Below, piece after piece: positions 57,804 to 64,000 of a stretch of DNA of 64,000 bases. This DNA comes from an uncultured virus (IMG/VR IMGVR_UViG_3300011361_000001). Its lineage: Duplodnaviria > Heunggongvirae > Uroviricota > Caudoviricetes. Location: the IMG/VR virus record IMGVR_UViG_3300011361_000001, positions 124,001-188,000 of that record, one strand, 5' to 3'. Position numbers and translations under genes: made by a program. Within the stretch, counting starts at the first letter, position 1. Every line of letters starts with the position of its first letter. The notes beneath the pieces were generated by a model. The model did not search any database, was not told the origin of the DNA, and worked only from the letters and a program-made list of their open reading frames with translations.

Positions 57804-57839
57804 ACTTTTATCACTGTATCCCTAAGGAGGGAACACACA

Positions 57840-58001
57840 ATGGCTACTCAAGAAAAGAACCAAAACTTTGCTCTGCTGTCGGTTGAAGAAGCTCTGAAAG
57901 AATTCGATTGCGAAGTCGATCGTCTGGAGCGGGATCGTCAGGCTCTTGAAGATTTTTGTAAATCAGGCAAATCCGTTCTGGGTTACAAATTCGTTAACTG
58001 A
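57840..58001 (+). CDS. small early hypothetical protein (53 aa, not in ORF track)
   Basis: TAAGGAGG RBS; MATQEKNQNFALLSVEEALKEFDCEVDRLERDRQALEDFCKSGKSVLGYKFVN. Confidence 0.75.
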   Translation: MATQEKNQNFALLSVEEALKEFDCEVDRLERDRQALEDFCKSGKSVLGYKFVN

Positions 58002-58012
58002 AGGATGTGAAC

Positions 58013-58300
58013 ATGGACATAGTAAATGTTACATTGCGAAGCCTGACTGTCACTATGAAGAGTCGGGTTTGTGATTTGAAAGAGCATCCTCAAGTCGTTA
58101 ACTTATTGACCCAACTTGAAAAGGCAACTGACGATCTACAACGCTTAGGCTTGGCTGAAGAGATCGTCTCGTTGGTACAGGAAGCAACCAACTACAAGGT
58201 TGAAGAAGTGCTTTTGGAGTCAGCTACCGAATATTCAGAAATTCTGTTCAGAGAGTTTCGCGACAACGGTATCTCCACTTATGTGGTGGAGCAACTATGA
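58013..58300 (+). CDS. early hypothetical protein
   Basis: AAGGA RBS; ATGA overlap with the next gene. Confidence 0.65.
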   Translation: MDIVNVTLRSLTVTMKSRVCDLKEHPQVVNLLTQLEKATDDLQRLGLAEEIVSLVQEATNYKVEEVLLESATEYSEILFREFRDNGISTYVVEQL

Positions 58301-58641
58301 ACTTGAAATCCAGTTTCAGACAATTGATCACCAGTCGTAAGACAGATAACCAAGAACTGGTACTGTCGTGGGGTGAGATTGTTTTGATCTTCAGACCCCA
58401 CTTTACGGCTAAGTTGTTATCTAAACAATTTTCCGTGGTCGATACACAGCTCATACTGAGTGAGGCGCTCTTGAAGTATAATCCCTTGTTGGATGAACTA
58501 CTACAAGAGATTATTGCTGATATTCCCAATCCGGGAAAAGTAATCCCCTTGAAATATCAAGGTCGAAATTGTCTGGCAGCCCTACATCGCATGGAGACAA
58601 ATAAGGGCGTTTGTCTTCGAATGCGACTGCAGGCACAATGA
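58297..58641 (+). CDS. early hypothetical protein
   Basis: GGAG RBS; ends at a classic terminator. Confidence 0.65.
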   Translation: MNLKSSFRQLITSRKTDNQELVLSWGEIVLIFRPHFTAKLLSKQFSVVDTQLILSEALLKYNPLLDELLQEIIADIPNPGKVIPLKYQGRNCLAALHRMETNKGVCLRMRLQAQ

Positions 58642-58644
58642 ATT

Positions 58645-58675
58645 AGAAAAGAGGCCTTCGGGCCTCTTTTTTTTT
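58645..58675 (+). terminator. intrinsic terminator
   Basis: AAAAGAGGCC-TTCG-GGCCTCTTTT plus a T-run. Confidence 0.85.
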
Positions 58676-58742
58676 GCCTTGTTGGAGAGGGGTTTCCTTA
58701 TGCTATAGACTCTACTACCCCTTGATGTCAAAAGGTGACCCT

Positions 58743-60959
58743 ATGATTTTGTTTGGAAACGATTGGCATCGTTACCCGATGGCCAGAGTGGATTACTCCA
58801 CCACTAACGAATCCTTCTTGCGTTATACCGCCCTGCTAAAAGAAATGGGCGTGAAGAACTGCTTGTGGCCATTGGCGATTATGCAGCCAGAGCTGATTGG
58901 CGTCGACCCCCATTCTGAGGTGTTGTCTGATGCCTACAAGATGAAGATCGGTTTGGAATGCCGGTACAACATCTGGTACTACTTGCGTGAAGTGGTCCGC
59001 ATTCCGCCTGTGGCAGGTCCTAACCCGGTGAAGTACAAAGCCAACCGGGGTAACATGGCCACCACCTGGACCTTTATCAACAACATGGACATTGCTCTGA
59101 TCCAGCCTCGTCAGACAGGTAAGTCGGTGTCCACAGACTGTTTGATGATTTGGTTGTTGTTCTTAGGGACCAGTAACTCGCGGATCAACATGATCACAAA
59201 GGACGATGCCCTGCGTAAGGCGAACGTTGAGCGTCTAAAGAAGATCCGTGACTTGCTCCCAGGTTATCTGGTGGCTAAAGGTCGCGCCGACTCTGACAAC
59301 CAGTTTGAAGTGACTTGTAAGAAGTGGGAGAACACCTACTCCACAGGCGTTGCTCAGAACTCTGAGTCTTCGGCAAACAACTTGGGTCGTGGACAGACTT
59401 CACCGATCTCGCACATCGACGAAGGTCCGTTCATTAACTTCATTGGCATCACCCTACCGGCGGCGCTGGCAGCCGGTAACGCAGCCCGTGAAGAAGCCCG
59501 TCAACACAACCGTCCACACGGTAACATCTTCACCACAACCGCTGGTAAGAAGGATGACCGGGACGGTAAGTACATGTACGACATGATCCACGGTGGCGCA
59601 CGTTGGACTGAGCTGTACTACGATTGTGCGGACAAGGCAGCCTTCCATGAGATGGTCGCTAAGAACAACCCTGGTCGTAAGTTGATCATCAACGCCACCT
59701 TCTCACACCGTCAGTTAGGTTACACCGACGAGTGGTTGTACAAGACCATGGCGGAGGCTAACTCCTATGGTGACGGCGCTAACCGTGACTTCTTCAACGT
59801 GTGGACTTCGGGTACGCAGAGCTCGCCTCTGACCCCGCAGCTCAACGAAATGATCAAGAACTCGGTCAAAGACGTGCAATACAACTTCGTCTCCAAAGAG
59901 CTGTACGTGGTACGCTGGTATGTCGATGAACTCAGCTTGCAGCGGATGTGTCAGACCGATCAGTTCATTCTGGGTCTGGATACCTCCGAAGCGGTCGGAC
60001 GAGACGGCATTGCCGGTACGATCATCAACACCAAAGACCTCTCGGTTGTCGGTGCGTTCAACGTTAATGAAACTAACCTGATTCGGTTCTCGAACTTCTT
60101 GGCAGAGTTCTTGGTGCGGTTTAAGAACATCACCTTGATCCCTGAAAAGAAATCCACAGGCCAGATGATCGTCGATGCATTGATCTTGAAGTTGCCTGCT
60201 ATGGGTGAGGACCCCTTCAAACGGATCTTTAACCGGATTGTGGAGAACTCCAATGAGAAGGCAGACCTTTACAAGACCATCTGTAAACCGATGGGTACGC
60301 GATCGGAACAGTTCTATGATGAGACAAAGGGCTATTTTGGCTTTAACACGAATGCCGAAACCCGCGCCTTGCTCTATGGACCGGTGCTTCAAAACGCGGC
60401 AAAAGATAGCGGGCACTTGGTACACGACAAACAACTCTCTGAGGAGATTCGTGGCTTGGTGGTGAAGAAGGGACGGATTGACCACGCCGCCTCTGGACAC
60501 GATGACACGGTAATCGCTTGGCTCTTGGCACAATGGTTAATCACCATGGGTCGGAACTTGGATCACTACGGCATCGACACCAGTAAGTTGCTCTCGGCTG
60601 TGACGTCGAACAACAAGCAGTTGTCGCCTGAAGAGTTGTACCAACGCAGTCAGTTTAACCGCATGAAGAAAGAGATGGAGGAGATCTACGAGGAGTTGAT
60701 CAATACCAAGGAAACCTTCGTGGTGGTCAGACTGGAAGCTAAGCTTGAGCACTTAACGCGTAAGCTTGCTGCAATGGATCACTTGGATGAAGACACAGTG
60801 ACCAGCTTGTCAGGCCTGATTCAGAAGGCTTCTGAGGAGCGCAGTGTTCGCAATATCAAAGCAGCCCGTGCTCACAACGTGGCCTCTATGAACAAAACCC
60901 TGAACCCTTGGGGCAAGATCATGGGGCGCGGTGGGATGACCGGACGTCGAGCAGCATAA
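58743..60959 (+). CDS. terL: terminase large subunit (phiKZ gp25-like)
   Basis: QPRQTGKS Walker A, HIDEG Walker B, TTTAG motif III; nuclease LGLDTS...IPEKKS...GHDD. Confidence 0.92.
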   Translation: MILFGNDWHRYPMARVDYSTTNESFLRYTALLKEMGVKNCLWPLAIMQPELIGVDPHSEVLSDAYKMKIGLECRYNIWYYLREVVRIPPVAGPNPVKYKANRGNMATTWTFINNMDIALIQPRQTGKSVSTDCLMIWLLFLGTSNSRINMITKDDALRKANVERLKKIRDLLPGYLVAKGRADSDNQFEVTCKKWENTYSTGVAQNSESSANNLGRGQTSPISHIDEGPFINFIGITLPAALAAGNAAREEARQHNRPHGNIFTTTAGKKDDRDGKYMYDMIHGGARWTELYYDCADKAAFHEMVAKNNPGRKLIINATFSHRQLGYTDEWLYKTMAEANSYGDGANRDFFNVWTSGTQSSPLTPQLNEMIKNSVKDVQYNFVSKELYVVRWYVDELSLQRMCQTDQFILGLDTSEAVGRDGIAGTIINTKDLSVVGAFNVNETNLIRFSNFLAEFLVRFKNITLIPEKKSTGQMIVDALILKLPAMGEDPFKRIFNRIVENSNEKADLYKTICKPMGTRSEQFYDETKGYFGFNTNAETRALLYGPVLQNAAKDSGHLVHDKQLSEEIRGLVVKKGRIDHAASGHDDTVIAWLLAQWLITMGRNLDHYGIDTSKLLSAVTSNNKQLSPEELYQRSQFNRMKKEMEEIYEELINTKETFVVVRLEAKLEHLTRKLAAMDHLDEDTVTSLSGLIQKASEERSVRNIKAARAHNVASMNKTLNPWGKIMGRGGMTGRRAA

Positions 60960-60963
60960 AAGC

Positions 60964-60991
60964 AACGGGAGGGCAACCTCCCGTTTATGCC
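60964..60991 (+). repeat. 28-bp direct repeat / hairpin, copy 1
   Basis: AACGGGAGGGCAACCTCCCGTTTATGCC, identical to 63902-63929. Confidence 0.95.
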
Positions 60992-61056
60992 CGCTATCCT
61001 CAGAAATTTTATGAAGGTGGCACAATGTCACGGACTTACGAACAGAGGACAACGCC

Positions 61057-61572
61057 ATGTTGATTAGAGCAGGAGGTAAGTGGGGTAACATTGCAGACTT
61101 CAAATTCAAACGTGCCTCCGGTTGGACCCGCAGTACCCTGGTCTATCAAAAAGACAACGGGGTGTGGAAGATTGCTCACCGTAACGAGTTGATCGAAGAG
61201 TTTCAGATCCGAGTAGGGACGTTCAACGCCCCACAGGTCTGGTATGGTTTCTTCAAACAGGGTACACCTGATCCGGGTACAGTGTCTCCAGGTTACTATC
61301 GCGGTTATGAAGTTCGGGACTTTAACTCCCCCGACAACGATCAACTGGGTCTTCAGTTTGGTCTGTACAACAAGGGTGATTCGTCTAAGGCTATAGCAAT
61401 CGAAGTAGAGGGATTGGGTCGACTGCCTTTCAGGAACACTAACCAAAATGCTTGGGGCAACGACACTGTCACGCGCCGCTGGTTCTCCGATGGTACTAAG
61501 AACGTTCACCAATACTTGAAGAGTCAGTACGGTAAAACCCTGACCATCAAAGTTATCCACGATCCCGTTTAA
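61057..61572 (+). CDS. paralogue array gene 1 (putative fibre/adhesin module)
   Basis: N-terminus MLIRAGGKW...FKRASGW...YQKDNGVWK, followed by an aromatic/Gly-rich beta domain. Confidence 0.7.
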   Translation: MLIRAGGKWGNIADFKFKRASGWTRSTLVYQKDNGVWKIAHRNELIEEFQIRVGTFNAPQVWYGFFKQGTPDPGTVSPGYYRGYEVRDFNSPDNDQLGLQFGLYNKGDSSKAIAIEVEGLGRLPFRNTNQNAWGNDTVTRRWFSDGTKNVHQYLKSQYGKTLTIKVIHDPV

Positions 61573-61589
61573 TTTTAATAGGTGACAAC

Positions 61590-62108
61590 ATGAGACTTCG
61601 TAATGCGGGGAACTGGCGTAAGTCTCTTCCCCATATCAAACAAGCGGGTATGTGGCGCAAGGGCGAACACCTGTTTAGTAAAGTGAACGGCCAGTGGAAG
61701 GACATCAGCGAACCGTTTAAGCCGGCGAGCATCATTGACCTATCGATTATCCCGACTCATCAGATGCCGTCGTATGGTGAGCGTTACGGATACGCCCAGT
61801 CCTATGTTCCAACCGGCACCATTAGCACCGATCGACTGAACCTTTATAACAACAACATCGTATTCGCTAGCTGTGAATGGGGTGGTGATCCGGCCCTAGG
61901 TCCTGAAGTAGGACCATGGAAATGGTTTACCTTTCATCTGGCAGGTGATCAGAGCGCGGTACCGTGGCCACAGATTGGTTTGTTCAACGACATCCCTCTG
62001 CACTTCCACTCGAATGTCTGGCAACCCCAATACGGGGCAACGCGAGTGTGGTTCCGGACGTATCGGGATCTACCGCAGAACCAGAACCAGCATCGCATTT
62101 TGATCTGA
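61590..62108 (+). CDS. paralogue array gene 2
   Basis: MRLRNAGNW...IKQAGMW...FSKVNGQWK N-terminus. Confidence 0.7.
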   Translation: MRLRNAGNWRKSLPHIKQAGMWRKGEHLFSKVNGQWKDISEPFKPASIIDLSIIPTHQMPSYGERYGYAQSYVPTGTISTDRLNLYNNNIVFASCEWGGDPALGPEVGPWKWFTFHLAGDQSAVPWPQIGLFNDIPLHFHSNVWQPQYGATRVWFRTYRDLPQNQNQHRILI

Positions 62109-62118
62109 GGGGGTTGTC

Positions 62119-62742
62119 ATGTTAATCAAACAAGGAACATGGCGCAATGGGGCGTTGAAGTATAAACATCCCAGTAAGGGCTGGTCGGAACCTAACCTGT
62201 CGTTTATTAAGCAGAACGGAATCTGGGTGCCGGTACAAGGCAAACAGATCGTCCAACGAGACCTGGGAGACCTCATAGCCAGTACGTCCGATTGGATACG
62301 TGACAGCTCCAGAGGTTGGTACCGAGATATCTATCCGACCGTCAATGACAACTACCCACCGATCCCCACCAAGTTGAGTCAAGACACCTTATCTAAAATA
62401 AGGAAACTCACAGCTACCTTCACAGGTTATTACAATAACCCTGCGGACGGTTTGCACATCAACTACTTCAGGATGCACTTGAGTAACGGTAGCACTCAGT
62501 TGTTGGGAACCAATGACGCCTGGACAGACTCAACCATGGGTCAGAATATCCACAAGGGTGACCAAGGGATGGAAACCAAGGTGTTGCGTAATGTGATCAA
62601 CGAACGGTACAGCTACACTCTTCCAGCAGGGGTGTCGTTAACCGGTTTGGATTTCATGTCGTGGCCGGCTTACACACAAGGTCGTTACTACCCCTCTTCA
62701 TTACGGGGCATGAAGGACTTCGAGTTCCTGATGGAGTACTAA
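62119..62742 (+). CDS. paralogue array gene 3
   Basis: MLIKQGTW...YKHPSKGW...FIKQNGIW N-terminus; C-domain shared with gene 4. Confidence 0.7.
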   Translation: MLIKQGTWRNGALKYKHPSKGWSEPNLSFIKQNGIWVPVQGKQIVQRDLGDLIASTSDWIRDSSRGWYRDIYPTVNDNYPPIPTKLSQDTLSKIRKLTATFTGYYNNPADGLHINYFRMHLSNGSTQLLGTNDAWTDSTMGQNIHKGDQGMETKVLRNVINERYSYTLPAGVSLTGLDFMSWPAYTQGRYYPSSLRGMKDFEFLMEY

Positions 62743-62745
62743 ATC

Positions 62746-63363
62746 ATGTTAATCAAAGTGGGGGGTTGGAAACAAGGTTTGTTGCGCTTTAAGCGTGCAG
62801 GGAGTTGGTCGATACCGGATAAGGTGTTGACTAAGGACAACGGGGTGTGGCGAATGGTGGCAGGTTTTGAGGTGGTGACCCTCAACCAAATCTCTGACAT
62901 TCTCCAGAATACCTCCAGTTGGGTGTACGATGCTACGCGCGGTTGGTACCGCAACACCTATGATTGGAATACGTCACATAACTCAAAATTCACCCCTGAG
63001 TTTTTGTCAAAGTTGCGTAAGGTGTCGGTTCTAGTCACAGGTTATTACGATAACCCGGCAGGATCGATGTCGAACAACATGCTGGTGATTCGGTTGAGTA
63101 ACAACACCAACGTGGTGTTAGGGACTTCGGACTCTTGGGATTATGGTCCCAGTGGTCAGGTGATTTATAAAGGCGACGCCGGTACTGAGAACATGGCAAC
63201 TCGCAACGTTGTCGGTGAACGCTTTACCTACACTGTCCCTGCAGGTTTGACGGTCACTGGCATCACGTTGCAGTCGGCTGGGTGGTATGAAAGCAGTATC
63301 GGCAAGTACTATCCGTTCTCATTACGGGGACTTAAAGACTTTGAGTTCACACTGGGGTACTGA
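62746..63363 (+). CDS. paralogue array gene 4
   Basis: MLIKVGGW...FKRAGSW...LTKDNGVWR N-terminus; C-domain shared with gene 3. Confidence 0.7.
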   Translation: MLIKVGGWKQGLLRFKRAGSWSIPDKVLTKDNGVWRMVAGFEVVTLNQISDILQNTSSWVYDATRGWYRNTYDWNTSHNSKFTPEFLSKLRKVSVLVTGYYDNPAGSMSNNMLVIRLSNNTNVVLGTSDSWDYGPSGQVIYKGDAGTENMATRNVVGERFTYTVPAGLTVTGITLQSAGWYESSIGKYYPFSLRGLKDFEFTLGY

Positions 63364-63366
63364 GTT

Positions 63367-63870
63367 ATGTTAATTAGAGTAAACGACCTCTGGAAAAGCC
63401 CAACTCAACTTCAAGTGCGTATGGGTGATCGGTGGGTGGGGGCTAAGCGCCTTTACCATAAAGTCAGTGGGGTGTGGACTCTGGGTTATCTTCAAGAGCG
63501 TATTGTGGATTTCCAATTAGTACCGAGCACGTTTGTAAGTAGCTATCATTGGTGTGGCTACCTTAACGATGACGGTATCAAAGGATCAATGACCCCCAAC
63601 AACTACGATGGTTTGTTGATTCGTGAGTGTCTTACTGTCTTAGAAAATCCAGTTTCTTTACAGTTAGGCTTTTATGGACCCACCTTATTGACCAACTTAA
63701 CACACGTCAAGGTGGGGGAGTTGGAGAAAGTGGCGCTCAGTAGTTCATCTGTGAGATTCGATGGGTTGTGGAGTCAACATTACTTCAACGACGGAGTTAC
63801 GGACTTTTATCACTACTTGCTTGCCCGACAAGGACAACCTGTTCCTATCAAACTGTATTTCAACGAGTGA
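63367..63870 (+). CDS. paralogue array gene 5
   Basis: MLIRVNDLW...VRMGDRW...YHKVSGVW N-terminus; C-domain loosely like gene 1. Confidence 0.7.
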   Translation: MLIRVNDLWKSPTQLQVRMGDRWVGAKRLYHKVSGVWTLGYLQERIVDFQLVPSTFVSSYHWCGYLNDDGIKGSMTPNNYDGLLIRECLTVLENPVSLQLGFYGPTLLTNLTHVKVGELEKVALSSSSVRFDGLWSQHYFNDGVTDFYHYLLARQGQPVPIKLYFNE

Positions 63871-63901
63871 ACGTGTGGACTGACATTTAGACACCAAGCT
63901 T

Positions 63902-63929
63902 AACGGGAGGGCAACCTCCCGTTTATGCC
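63902..63929 (+). repeat. 28-bp direct repeat / hairpin, copy 2
   Basis: AACGGGAGGGCAACCTCCCGTTTATGCC, identical to 60964-60991. Confidence 0.95.
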
Positions 63930-64000
63930 GCCTTATTAAAAAATATTAAAAACCTAAACTATATAAAGGAATCTTCACGCTGACCTTAAACTTTAAGGAA

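Noticed and set aside
58674..58742. N-terminal extension of the terminase in the ORF track
   Set aside because: It begins within a terminator T-run; ATG 58743 has an AAGGTG RBS and gives the typical MILF..DW start.
61057..63870. Diversity-generating retroelement or invertase shufflon acting on the paralogue array
   Set aside because: No reverse transcriptase or recombinase in the window, no near-identical template/variable repeat pair differing at adenines, and all genes share one orientation.
3846..63929. Recurrent palindromic repeats as a CRISPR array or transposon ends
   Set aside because: They are dispersed singly at gene ends with no regular repeat-spacer period, and no cas or transposase gene is present.
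1..64000. Alternative genetic code (stop-codon reassignment)
   Set aside because: Core genes are full length under the standard code and coding density is high, with TAA, TGA and TAG all used as stops.

Overview
This window is a 64-kb segment of a phiKZ-like jumbo myophage genome (Chimalliviridae-type); the assignment rests on motifs and gene neighbourhood I recognise, not on database searches. Recognisable core genes: an SbcC/SMC-like ATPase (5'-truncated), RNase H, a RecA/UvsX-like recombinase, three pieces of the split virion RNA polymerase (beta N-part, beta C-part, and the beta' part carrying DxDGD), a 2.4-kaa tail protein with a lytic transglycosylase and a DUF5675-like domain, the head maturation protease, inner-head proteins with S/A/G-x-E cleavage sites, tail sheath and tube, three baseplate/tail structural proteins and the large terminase. 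Between these sit small early-gene islands behind TATATTAC promoters, two repeat-built fibre proteins, and a five-gene array of paralogues with a shared Trp/Lys-rich N-terminus and variable C-termini. The main unexplained signals are: (i) the five-gene array is bracketed by an identical 28-bp direct repeat; (ii) early genes share a leader architecture with a 5' hairpin and a Shine-Dalgarno folded into a covarying hairpin; (iii) most gene-end hairpins finish in TATGC rather than a U-tract; (iv) the head protease and its neighbour share a C-terminal PPSAxW motif; (v) a stand-alone mini ATPase carries the terminase's own PRQTGK Walker A. I saw no tRNA, rRNA, CRISPR array, intein or transposon. 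phiKZ gp numbers are from memory and should be verified.
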